Of a stretch of 64,000 bases of DNA, positions 19,985 to 29,122 are shown piece after piece. This DNA is from a virus. The stretch spans positions 1 through 64,000 of the IMG/VR virus record IMGVR_UViG_3300025280_000026. The stretch is one strand, 5' to 3'. Positions within the stretch are counted from its first letter, which is position 1, and every line of letters begins with the position of its first letter. Position numbers and translations under genes: made by a program. The notes beneath the pieces are model-generated. The model was not told the origin of the DNA. It saw only the letters and a list, made by a program, of their open reading frames with translations, and searched no databases.

Positions 19985-21568
19985 ATGAGATATCAGCTCT
20001 CCAAAGAAGAAATTGTTAAAGAAATAATCAAATGTGGCAAAAATGCTTCATACTTTATAAACAATTATGCTAAAATTTCCCACCCCCAATTGGGACTAAT
20101 CCCTTTCAACACTTATGATTTCCAAGATGAACTAATCAATGATTTTAACGAACATCGTTTTAATATTATCTTGAAAGCGAGGCAGCTAGGTATTTCAACT
20201 ATAACTGCCGCCTACGTCGCCTGGATAATGATGTTCCGCAGGGACAAAAATGTTTTAGTGATGGCCACCAAGTTTGGCACTGCGTCCAATCTAGTCAAAA
20301 AGGTTAAAAATATTCATAAAAACCTTCCAGACTGGATGAAAATTGCTAAGATTATTATTGATAATAGAACTTCATTCGAATTATCAAATGGCTCACAGAT
20401 AAAAGCGTCCTCAACAACCGCCGACGCTGGCCGCTCTGAAGCGCTTTCTTTGTTAGTTGTCGACGAGGCCGCACACGTCGAAGGTTTGGGCGAACTATGG
20501 ACCGGTCTTTATCCCACTCTATCGACTGGCGGTCGTTGTATCGCTCTTTCTACTCCCAACGGCGTTGGAAACTGGTTTCACCAAAACTGTGTCGACGCCA
20601 TGTCTTCTAAAAATGATTTTAAAATCACGACGCTGTTATGGGACGTCCATCCAGATCGCGATCAAGAGTGGTTTGAGAAAGAAACTAAAAATATGTCACG
20701 TCGACAGATCGCCCAAGAATTAGAATGTAATTTTAACATGTCTGGCGAGACTGTTTTCCATCCAGAAGATATGCAGTTCTTAGAAGCAATGATCAAAGAT
20801 CCTAAGCACAGAACCGGCTTCGATAGAAATTTTTGGATTTGGGAAGAACATGATCCTGGATTTACATATTTGCTTTCTGCAGATGTTGCTAGGGGTGATG
20901 GAAACGACTACTCAGCTTTTCATATTTTTAAAATAGAAACAATGGAGGTGGTTGCTGATTATCAAGGCAAAGCAACACCTGATATTTTTTCTAATTTAAT
21001 CATAAACGCCGGCAAAGAATACGGAAGTTGTATGATTGCTGTTGAAAATAATTCTGTTGGATTTGCTGTTCTGGAGAAGTTGAGAGATCAAGGGTATCCA
21101 AATATTTATTACTCCTATAAATCATCACACGATTATGCCGATCCCGTTACCGCCGAATATTCTAACAACACCGTTGCTGGGTTTTCAACAACCCAAAAAA
21201 CAAGACCTTTGATCGTCGCCAAGATGGAAGAATTTATACGCAATAAACTAATTAAAATATATTCCAGTAGGTTATACAACGAAATGAAGACTTTTATATG
21301 GCACAATGGTCGACCCCAAGCAATGAAAAAGTATAATGATGACTTAATAATGTCGTGTGCAATTGGTTGTTGGATTAAAGATATAGCCTTTACTGTCAAC
21401 CAAAGAGATTTACAATACAAAAAAGCTTTCTTAAATTCCATGACGAAATCTGGTAATATGCTTAATACTGCAATAAAAGGCATGGAAGGCTATAAGTCTA
21501 ATAATACCAGAGAATTAAATAAGAAAAAGGAAGAGCAGGATAAATATATTTGGCTTTTAAAAGGATAA
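19985..21568 (+). CDS. terL: Terminase large subunit (T4 gp17-like)
   Basis: LKARQLGIST Walker A, LLVVDEAAH Walker B, STPNG, DVARGDG.DYS and NDDL nuclease motifs; ATG 19985 preferred over TTG 19949. Confidence 0.95.
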   Translation: MRYQLSKEEIVKEIIKCGKNASYFINNYAKISHPQLGLIPFNTYDFQDELINDFNEHRFNIILKARQLGISTITAAYVAWIMMFRRDKNVLVMATKFGTASNLVKKVKNIHKNLPDWMKIAKIIIDNRTSFELSNGSQIKASSTTADAGRSEALSLLVVDEAAHVEGLGELWTGLYPTLSTGGRCIALSTPNGVGNWFHQNCVDAMSSKNDFKITTLLWDVHPDRDQEWFEKETKNMSRRQIAQELECNFNMSGETVFHPEDMQFLEAMIKDPKHRTGFDRNFWIWEEHDPGFTYLLSADVARGDGNDYSAFHIFKIETMEVVADYQGKATPDIFSNLIINAGKEYGSCMIAVENNSVGFAVLEKLRDQGYPNIYYSYKSSHDYADPVTAEYSNNTVAGFSTTQKTRPLIVAKMEEFIRNKLIKIYSSRLYNEMKTFIWHNGRPQAMKKYNDDLIMSCAIGCWIKDIAFTVNQRDLQYKKAFLNSMTKSGNMLNTAIKGMEGYKSNNTRELNKKKEEQDKYIWLLKG

Positions 21569-21574
21569 CAAAAT

Positions 21575-23509
21575 ATGGTTGACAACAACAGAAACCCTAG
21601 AAATAAAGATAGTACACTATTCAGACAGCTAACCCGTTTGTTTTCTGGCCCGATTATAAATTACAGGAAACAAATCCCGCGTCAGTTAAAAAGAAGACAA
21701 CTAGACAGCTATAAATTTAGATCAGCCAGCGGTCAAAACTTTAAAAAATCTGGCTATAGCCCATATGATAAACTCCAAGCAAACTTTTTTGCCAGCCAGG
21801 CCCGCGCAGATCGCTATGTCGATTTCGATCAGATGGAATACACACCAGAAATAGCTTCTGCACTGGATATTTACGCTGATGAAATGACAACTTCTACAGC
21901 TCTCCGCGCCATGATGGAAATTAAGTGTAACAACGAAGAAATTAAGTCGGTTTTGGATCTCTTATATCATAATGTTCTTAATTTAGAATCAAATTTATTT
22001 GGTTGGTGTCGAACAATGTGTAAATACGGAGATTTTTTCTTATATCTAGACATCGATGATAAGCAGGGCATCAAAAATGCAACTGGTCTACCTTCGCCAG
22101 AAGTTGAAAGGTTAGAGGCAGAAGATAAAACAAATCCAAATTATGTACAATTCCAATGGAACACCGGGGGCATTACATTTGAAAACTGGCAAATAGGTCA
22201 TTTTCGAGTACTCGGTAATGATAAATACGCTCCGTATGGAACTTCAGTTTTAGAGCCGGCCAGAAGAATTTGGCGTCAGTTAACGCTTTTAGAAGATGCA
22301 ATGATGGCATATCGAATTGTAAGATCTCCTGAAAGAAGGGTGTTTTATGTTGATGTTGGCAACATTGCTCCTGAAGATGTTGAACAATACGTTCAGAAAG
22401 TTATGACTCAAATGAAACGTAATCAAATTGTTGATACAAGCAGCGGGCGCGTCGACCTTCGATATAATCCCATGAGTGTGGAGGAGGATTACTTCATTCC
22501 TGTAAGGGGAAACCAATCATCTAGAGTCGAGAGTTTGCCTGGTGGTACATATACCGGCGATATCGATGATGTTAAATATTTGAGAGATAAATTATTTTCG
22601 GCGCTTAAAGTACCTGCATCTTATTTATCGAGAGCAGAAGGAGCAGAAGAAGACAAAACCACTCTCGCTCAAAAAGATATTCGTTTTGCTAGAACGGTTC
22701 AAAGGTTGCAGCGTGTTATAGTATCCGAACTTGAAAAAATTGGTATTATTCATTTGTTTACATTAGGATATCGTGGTGACGATTTGCTATCGTTTAAGCT
22801 AAGATTGAATAATCCATCAAAGATCGCAGAGCTGCAAGAACTTGAACATTGGAGAACGAAATTCGACGTCGCCGCCGCAGCAACTGAAGGTTTCTTTAGC
22901 AAACATTGGATTGCTGATAATATTTTTGGTATGTCCGAAGAAGCACTATTGAAGGTACAGAGAGAAATGTACCACGACAAGAAATTTGAAGCTTCTCTAT
23001 CAAAAGCTATAGAGGCGATGGCTTCTGCACCGCCCCCCGACGCCGGAGGTGGCCCCGGCCCAGGCGCTCCACCTCTCCCTGGTGGAGAAATTCCCGCGAC
23101 TCCGCCTCCTGGCGACGACGCGCCATCAGATGAAGGTGAAGACAGCCCACTATTAGTCGCGCCCCCAGGCGAAGCAACTGCATCACCTGAAGAGGGCCTT
23201 GGCGGAGAAGCCCCTGCCCCGGCAAAGAGGGATGATAATTCTCATTTAACGGTTGGGGCAAAGGACCATTGGTACACCCCAAAAAAATATAGGGGAGGCG
23301 ACCGACGCGACCGCGGGGCTCGCCAAAGACATTTTGTTGCTCAGGGCCGACCCGGATACAAAGATTTAAAATCTCTTGGTGTTGGAATTGTAGCGGAAAT
23401 GGAAGATTTAGATTCTACTTATAATATGGAAGAACAGAAGATAATTCGTAGTTCACAAGAAATAAAAATGCTGATTGAAAGAATGGAGTCAAAAAATAAT
23501 GAAGTTTAA
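21575..23509 (+). CDS. gp20: Portal protein (T4 gp20-like) with Pro/Gly-rich C-terminal extension
   Basis: PYGTSVLE.ARR.WRQL.LLEDAM..YRI.R.PERRVFYVDVGN; EDYFIP; LFSALKVP. Confidence 0.95.
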   Translation: MVDNNRNPRNKDSTLFRQLTRLFSGPIINYRKQIPRQLKRRQLDSYKFRSASGQNFKKSGYSPYDKLQANFFASQARADRYVDFDQMEYTPEIASALDIYADEMTTSTALRAMMEIKCNNEEIKSVLDLLYHNVLNLESNLFGWCRTMCKYGDFFLYLDIDDKQGIKNATGLPSPEVERLEAEDKTNPNYVQFQWNTGGITFENWQIGHFRVLGNDKYAPYGTSVLEPARRIWRQLTLLEDAMMAYRIVRSPERRVFYVDVGNIAPEDVEQYVQKVMTQMKRNQIVDTSSGRVDLRYNPMSVEEDYFIPVRGNQSSRVESLPGGTYTGDIDDVKYLRDKLFSALKVPASYLSRAEGAEEDKTTLAQKDIRFARTVQRLQRVIVSELEKIGIIHLFTLGYRGDDLLSFKLRLNNPSKIAELQELEHWRTKFDVAAAATEGFFSKHWIADNIFGMSEEALLKVQREMYHDKKFEASLSKAIEAMASAPPPDAGGGPGPGAPPLPGGEIPATPPPGDDAPSDEGEDSPLLVAPPGEATASPEEGLGGEAPAPAKRDDNSHLTVGAKDHWYTPKKYRGGDRRDRGARQRHFVAQGRPGYKDLKSLGVGIVAEMEDLDSTYNMEEQKIIRSSQEIKMLIERMESKNNEV

Positions 23510-24353
23510 GCACAATAAAAAGAGAAATACTGCTTTTTTGTTTGAGACCTTAATAAGAGAACTTACGAAGTCTACTCTCGGTAAAGACCACGATAGAAAA
23601 GACACTATTCTTTCTATTGTAAAAGAACATTTTGCTAAAAAAACCATTCTTTCAAAGGAGTTAGAGTTGTATAAATCACTTTATAAAAGCGATGATTTGA
23701 CTCCACCTCTTGCCGAGAAACTTTTAAAAGAAGTAAAAAGAGAACATAAAAGTTTAGATCAAAAAAAGATTTTTGAAGCACAGTCTAAACTTATTAGAAA
23801 AATTAATAGAAAATTGTCAAATAAAGTATTTTCTAATTTTGTACCAAATTACAAAAACCTTGCGACAATACATCAGATTTTTAATTCAAAAAACGCGAAC
23901 CCCAAATCGCGTATCCTTTTAGAACAAAATTATATTAAAATTATATCTTCTAGTATAAATCTAAAAGAAAACATCCTCGCCCCGGTTGATAAATTAACGT
24001 TTAAAACTTTTATTAACAAGTTCAACGATAGATATTCTGCAGATCTTTTAAAAGAACAAAAATCGCTTTTAAAATATTATATCACTTCTTTTACAGATCA
24101 GGGTTTAGAATTAAAGATATTTTTAAATGAAGAAATTGATAGATTGAAGAAAGAGCTTCATAAGACGATCTTAACTGAAACCGTGCAAAACGATAAAAAG
24201 CTTTTTGGCAAAACTAAAAAAGTTTTAAATATCGTTGAAAATTTCCGCAATAGAGAAGTTGATAATAAAATGGTTGAAATTATTTTAAAAGTTCAAGAAC
24301 TCGTAAAAGAGACCTCAAATTATGGCAACAAAGAAAGTAGTAATAACAATTAG
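23499..24353 (+). CDS. Conserved hypothetical head-module protein
   Basis: KHNKKRNTAFLFETL start; ATG 23499 (track start 23475). Confidence 0.65.
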   Translation: MKFKHNKKRNTAFLFETLIRELTKSTLGKDHDRKDTILSIVKEHFAKKTILSKELELYKSLYKSDDLTPPLAEKLLKEVKREHKSLDQKKIFEAQSKLIRKINRKLSNKVFSNFVPNYKNLATIHQIFNSKNANPKSRILLEQNYIKIISSSINLKENILAPVDKLTFKTFINKFNDRYSADLLKEQKSLLKYYITSFTDQGLELKIFLNEEIDRLKKELHKTILTETVQNDKKLFGKTKKVLNIVENFRNREVDNKMVEIILKVQELVKETSNYGNKESSNNN

Positions 24354-24909
24354 AAAAGGCCCGGGGGTATCGGCAACACCTCCACCCGTTCCCCCGCCCG
24401 AGCCAGAAAAAAAACCACAGGCCGAGGTGTCTTTAAAAATTAGAAAGACGCTGGATGGAAATTATATAATTTTTGACCATACAGATGTTGATATTGTTGT
24501 ATCGCCTACACAAAACAAAATTATTGTTTTTGCAAAAAACAATTTTGATGATTACGTTTACGAGGTACAAGATAAATTATTTAAATTTCTTGTGAAAAAG
24601 GGTATAATAGATCCAAATTCGGTCCAAGGTGGAAACGTCTTTATGTCTATGGAAGGTGCAATCTTGCCAGCAAGTGAAAAACATGATGCAATTCAAATGA
24701 GCATATTAAATGTGGCTAGATTCATTGAAAACGAAAAGCCAGAATATTTGCTCCGCAAAGCATATGAGGAAGAAGATGAAAGAAGACTTACTGAGCCTGG
24801 TCCAGAAGATTCAACCGAGTTTGATCCAGAGAGGTTACACAAAGCGCAAAAGGGTTCACATCGTCCTGTCATGCGCCCATACGGAATAAGCTCGATTTAC
24901 AGAATCTAG
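24322..24909 (+). CDS. Hypothetical protein
   Basis: 195 aa ORF overlapping the previous gene. Confidence 0.6.
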   Translation: MATKKVVITIRKGPGVSATPPPVPPPEPEKKPQAEVSLKIRKTLDGNYIIFDHTDVDIVVSPTQNKIIVFAKNNFDDYVYEVQDKLFKFLVKKGIIDPNSVQGGNVFMSMEGAILPASEKHDAIQMSILNVARFIENEKPEYLLRKAYEEEDERRLTEPGPEDSTEFDPERLHKAQKGSHRPVMRPYGISSIYRI

Positions 24910-24929
24910 TAATTGAAGAGAGACTTAAA

Positions 24930-25265
24930 TTGGATTTATTATATTTTTTATTGATTGCGTATGGAATGACGCAAGTTATTGTAAGTGGCACCATTTTTGA
25001 TAAAATTAGACCATCCAAACAATGGCTTAATGGTTTCGGCCAACTTTTCCATTGCGCATTATGTATGGGCTTTTGGGTTGGTGTATTTTTGTGGAGTATT
25101 AATGGCTTAACAGAACTATTTAGCTTTGAATATAATATAATTAATCCACTATTACTTGGATCTTTGTCATCTGGAACTTCATATTTGCTTTATACAATAA
25201 TGGGGGATTTCGGAATACGCTCTGAACAAATGACAAATGTTTTTCATAGACAACAAGGAAGGTAA
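24930..25265 (+). CDS. Membrane protein with CxxC (DUF1360-like)
   Basis: LFHCALCMGFWVG plus three hydrophobic segments. Confidence 0.55.
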   Translation: MDLLYFLLIAYGMTQVIVSGTIFDKIRPSKQWLNGFGQLFHCALCMGFWVGVFLWSINGLTELFSFEYNIINPLLLGSLSSGTSYLLYTIMGDFGIRSEQMTNVFHRQQGR

Positions 25266-25267
25266 AA

Positions 25268-25405
25268 ATGAGAAGACAAAATATCGCAGAAGTAAGACGC
25301 TGCTGTAAGGGAAGCAAAAACACGCAAGGGAGAGCCTTGCAAAAAAATTCTTATTATAAAAGGAGTAACAAAAATGAGTATTTGGAAAGAACAAAAAACA
25401 GGTAA
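25268..25405 (+). CDS. Possible small basic protein MRRQNIAEVRRCCKGS... (45 aa)
   Basis: AGGAAGG upstream; not in ORF track. Confidence 0.35.
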   Translation: MRRQNIAEVRRCCKGSKNTQGRALQKNSYYKRSNKNEYLERTKNR

Positions 25406-25517
25406 AGGTAACGCAGCGAAGGGTACGCCCACGACGAAAACCAATGTCGTGCCTCCAGCTTGGAAAAATGGTAAAGGCGCTGTTAGGGGTGATAAAGGCA
25501 AGGCCGCTAAAAAGTAA
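25374..25517 (+). CDS. Small Lys/Gly-rich protein MSIWKEQKTGKGNAAKG... (47 aa)
   Basis: AAAGGAG SD; fills the gap before the protease; not in ORF track. Confidence 0.6.
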   Translation: MSIWKEQKTGKGNAAKGTPTTKTNVVPPAWKNGKGAVRGDKGKAAKK

Positions 25518-25530
25518 AAGGCTTGATTAA

Positions 25531-26184
25531 ATGACACAAAAACTTTTACGAGAATATTTTGAATTATGTCCCGATGGGAATTGTGTACTTGATGTATTAA
25601 CGGAAGGTGAACGCAGATCCTTGCAAGAAGGCGCGGTTTTTCTCGTAGGTGTTTGTCAAAGGGCAGGTGTCAAAAATGGCAATGGCCGGATCTATAAGAA
25701 GTCGACTCTTGAAAGAGAGGTGGAGAAATACCAGGCTTTGGTACAAGAGCGCCGCGCTTTAGGAGAGTTGGACCACCCAGATGATTCAGTTGTTAATCTT
25801 AAAAACGTATCTCATCTCATGACAAAAATGTGGTGGAAGGGTGACGACGTTATGTGCAAACTTGAAGTAATGAACACTCCATCCGGACAAGTCCTCAAGG
25901 AGCTTATAAAATCAGGTATTAAATTAGGGATTTCCTCCAGAGGCTTGGGTTCTGTCAAAAATCACGGCGGGCAAACAATTGTAGAAGATGATTTTAAATT
26001 GATTGCATTTGATATGGTTTCTGACCCGTCGACGCCCGGCGCCTGGGTCGGCCCGGAAAGAGGTTCTAGCTCAAACCCAGATTTGGCAGATGTTCTGGCA
26101 AAAATGTCTGAGAATATAACTTTGAAAGAAAGCACCGCAAACGGCAAGCTTAATGAAGTTCTAGATGATATATTAAAGAGCTAA
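25531..26184 (+). CDS. gp21: Prohead protease (T4 gp21-like)
   Basis: NGRIY, ALGELDHP, GISSRGLGS, FDMVSDPSTPGA. Confidence 0.95.
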   Translation: MTQKLLREYFELCPDGNCVLDVLTEGERRSLQEGAVFLVGVCQRAGVKNGNGRIYKKSTLEREVEKYQALVQERRALGELDHPDDSVVNLKNVSHLMTKMWWKGDDVMCKLEVMNTPSGQVLKELIKSGIKLGISSRGLGSVKNHGGQTIVEDDFKLIAFDMVSDPSTPGAWVGPERGSSSNPDLADVLAKMSENITLKESTANGKLNEVLDDILKS

Positions 26185-26194
26185 GGAAAATTTA

Positions 26195-26593
26195 ATGAAG
26201 AGAAATGAAATTAAAAGCATTATCAAGCCGATAGTAAAAGAATGTATAACTGAACTTTTGTTACAAAAAGAAGGCATTTTGTCGAACGTCGTATCAGAAG
26301 TGGTCAAAGGATTGCAAAGTCCAATCTTGGAATCTAATAATTTTGATAAAAACGAACAGACCGAACAAGAGTTGTCAGAGCTTGAAGCAAAATATGAATT
26401 GGAAAGACAAGAACGTATCAAAAGATTAAATGAATCTGTTGGTAGCAATTTCTTTAAAGGAACGCGCCCCGCGCCTACAGATAATGCATCTCAATATGAC
26501 CCCTTGTCTGGTATTAGCGCACGAGATCCTGGTGTTGATATTAAAGGCATCATGGCCATCGCCGGAAACAAATGGAAGAAACACACAAAGTAA
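26195..26593 (+). CDS. Hypothetical head-module protein
   Basis: MKRNEIKSIIKPIVKECITE leader; DPGVDI motif. Confidence 0.6.
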   Translation: MKRNEIKSIIKPIVKECITELLLQKEGILSNVVSEVVKGLQSPILESNNFDKNEQTEQELSELEAKYELERQERIKRLNESVGSNFFKGTRPAPTDNASQYDPLSGISARDPGVDIKGIMAIAGNKWKKHTK

Positions 26594-26599
26594 AATATA

Positions 26600-26848
26600 A
26601 TGAGCAAAAACAAGCCAGTAAACGTCGAAGTAACACTAAGACATGTGAGAAACGACCCCAACAAATTGATTAGAAAGTTTATAAAAAAAGTTAAAAAAGA
26701 GAAAATATTAGAGGAAGTTAAAGGCCGAATGTACTACGAGAAGCCTTCATCAAAAAGAAGACGAATGAAAAAACGAAAATTAGAAAACGCAAGAAAAGCT
26801 CAAAAAGAGCAAAATAAAAAATTAAACATACAACCAATGAAGAGGTAA
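26600..26848 (+). CDS. rpsU: Ribosomal protein bS21 homolog
   Basis: V.V......LIRKF.KKVKKE.ILEEV..R.YYEKPS.KRRR bS21 signature. Confidence 0.85.
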   Translation: MSKNKPVNVEVTLRHVRNDPNKLIRKFIKKVKKEKILEEVKGRMYYEKPSSKRRRMKKRKLENARKAQKEQNKKLNIQPMKR

Positions 26849-26854
26849 AAAGAA

Positions 26855-27343
26855 TTGGCAACTACAATCAAATCATCAACGCTAACTGTAAGTCTTGTTG
26901 AAGATATTTTTCTCAACGGAAGCCAACAAGGCTCGAAAAATACACTAAGTATTAGTGGCATAAAAGATGTATTTAAAAGAATAATTACTATTGCAGCAGA
27001 TGATGACGCTACAGTTCTAGTTTTTAAATCTACAACAGCCATTGCAGACGGAGCATTAGATTTGCAGAACGTGAAATATATTCGTGTAACGAATTTGGAT
27101 GATACTAATTCTGTTGGTCTCTCTTTACAACTAGATTCAGATGAAGATAATAGTGCTGCAAATGAATCTTGTACTATCCTGTTAGAAGCAGGCCGCAGCT
27201 TTATAATGGGAACGCCTGATGAAGGAATTCATGTGGATGATGATTCAGCTGGTATATTAACAGCGCTAACGGATCTAGAGAGTATTATAATTAATCCGGG
27301 CGCCAATGCCGGCTCCGTGGAAGTGTTTGTAGCTTCCGCATAA
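26855..27343 (+). CDS. Acidic beta-rich hypothetical virion protein
   Basis: TTG start with GAGG SD; YIRVTNLD motif. Confidence 0.55.
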   Translation: MATTIKSSTLTVSLVEDIFLNGSQQGSKNTLSISGIKDVFKRIITIAADDDATVLVFKSTTAIADGALDLQNVKYIRVTNLDDTNSVGLSLQLDSDEDNSAANESCTILLEAGRSFIMGTPDEGIHVDDDSAGILTALTDLESIIINPGANAGSVEVFVASA

Positions 27344-27407
27344 AAAGGATTTTTAATGAAAAACAAACTAAATATTAATAACAGAATAATTATATTGGAG
27401 AATTTAA

Positions 27408-27869
27408 ATGGCAGTACATAAATATACAAGCTGGGGAAGGACAAGAAGCCCTAAGAATATAGCTGGAGACCCAGGTACCGCGGTTACTTTAGAATCAGAT
27501 ACCGACAATCTGCTCACAAGCAATAGCGATTATAAAACTGTAGGCTATGCCACAGAGAATCAAAGATATTTACATGTTCTTGTTACCGACCTTAATGACA
27601 CCGCTCCTGCCGCACTAACCGTATTTGGATATTGTCACGCTTTTGAAAGATGGTTTGAGATAGCGGAAACAGAAGCCGGAGGCGAAGGTCAAAACACTGC
27701 AAACGCCGCGGCCTCCATAACAGTGGCTGATTCTGGAAGGGCTGTTACTGCTCAGGTTCCAAGCGATAGGGAATACCGGGTCTATGAAATACGAGGAATA
27801 GATCGAGTTGCTTTTGTACATGAAGACAGCACTGAAGTCGATGTTTTCGCCGCTTGTAGCACCTTTTAA
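27408..27869 (+). CDS. Hypothetical (probable virion) protein
   Basis: GGAG SD; 153 aa. Confidence 0.55.
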   Translation: MAVHKYTSWGRTRSPKNIAGDPGTAVTLESDTDNLLTSNSDYKTVGYATENQRYLHVLVTDLNDTAPAALTVFGYCHAFERWFEIAETEAGGEGQNTANAAASITVADSGRAVTAQVPSDREYRVYEIRGIDRVAFVHEDSTEVDVFAACSTF

Positions 27870-27898
27870 AATCAAAATGGATTTTATAGCTAACAATT

Positions 27899-27906
27899 AC
27901 TATTTA
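27899..27906 (+). promoter_or_regulatory. Putative late promoter ACTATTTA for scaffold/MCP
   Basis: Recurring motif, 36 nt before the ATG. Confidence 0.6.
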
Positions 27907-27941
27907 CTAACAGTATGTACTATTTTCAGGAGAAATAATTA

Positions 27942-29093
27942 ATGTCCTCAATGTTAGAGCAAGCTATTGTTGATGCAAATGCATTGAGAGACGTAGCGAT
28001 TAAAACAGCTGAATCAAACTTGGTTGAAAAATATTCAGAACAGATTAAAGAAGCGGTTGAAACGCTTTTAGAACAACCAATGCCGGGCGAGGAAGACCCC
28101 ATGGCCCCAATGACCCCCGGCCCCATGGCGATGGATCCTGCAGCTGCCGGAATGGCAATGCCTCCGCCCCCAATGGGAAATGAAGGTTCTCCTGAAGATG
28201 AATTGGACGTCCCTCTTGGAGCTACCGAAGGCGAGAAACTATGCCCTTGTCCTGAAGAAGAAAAAATTGTAGTTGTTAATTTACCTGAATTAATTAAACA
28301 AGCTGAAGAAGAAGCAGGCGAAGGTGTTTCTCCTGAAGAAGTAGAACAATTCGGTACAGAAGTAGAACCAGAGGAAGAAGAAGAGGAAGAGGAAGAACTT
28401 CCCATGGGCTTGGAAGAATCAATTGAATTGCCAGAAGAATATTTATATGATATTCTAGAGTCATTAAAAGTAGATGTCAGCCCATATTCTGTTCGCGATG
28501 GCTGGACCGGCACACCAACCGCTGCTATAGAAGAAGCAGAGGAATTAGAATTAGCTCGTCAACAAAGTGACGAGGTTGCTGAAGACCTAGAGGTACTTCA
28601 GACGGCAGTTAAAGAACTGCACGAAACAAATGAATATTATGAGAATATGCTACTAGAAGCTAAGAGTTATATTGATGCTAGGGAAAACGATCACCAAGCT
28701 AAATTAAACGAAGCCGCCGGAGTTTTAAATGAAACTAAAAAAGTAGCGTATATTCTAAAGAATAAATTGGACGAAGCGAACTTAACAAATGCTCGTCTAT
28801 TATATACAAATAAGGTTTTATCAAACAGCTCTTTGAATGGGCGACAAAAAAATCAAATTGTCGAAGCTTTGATAAACACCGAATCTGTTGAAGAAACAAA
28901 AACAATATATGAGACTCTTCAAAGCGCAGTGGGCAGCACCAGTAAATCAACTAAAAGACAGCCGAAATCACTGAGCGAGGTAGTTAATAGAACTTCAACA
29001 ACAATGTTGCCTCGATTGAATGAGGGACAAGAGAAGCAAGATACGTCGGCTTCAAACCGATGGAAAATCTTAGCAGGAATAAAAGACAATTAA
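27942..29093 (+). CDS. Prohead core/scaffold protein (gp22-like)
   Basis: Very acidic with poly-Glu tract, coiled coil, NL.NARLLY.N and RWKILAGI end; directly upstream of MCP. Confidence 0.8.
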   Translation: MSSMLEQAIVDANALRDVAIKTAESNLVEKYSEQIKEAVETLLEQPMPGEEDPMAPMTPGPMAMDPAAAGMAMPPPPMGNEGSPEDELDVPLGATEGEKLCPCPEEEKIVVVNLPELIKQAEEEAGEGVSPEEVEQFGTEVEPEEEEEEEEELPMGLEESIELPEEYLYDILESLKVDVSPYSVRDGWTGTPTAAIEEAEELELARQQSDEVAEDLEVLQTAVKELHETNEYYENMLLEAKSYIDARENDHQAKLNEAAGVLNETKKVAYILKNKLDEANLTNARLLYTNKVLSNSSLNGRQKNQIVEALINTESVEETKTIYETLQSAVGSTSKSTKRQPKSLSEVVNRTSTTMLPRLNEGQEKQDTSASNRWKILAGIKDN

Positions 29094-29122
29094 AATTTTA
29101 AAAATATAGGAGGAAATTAAAA

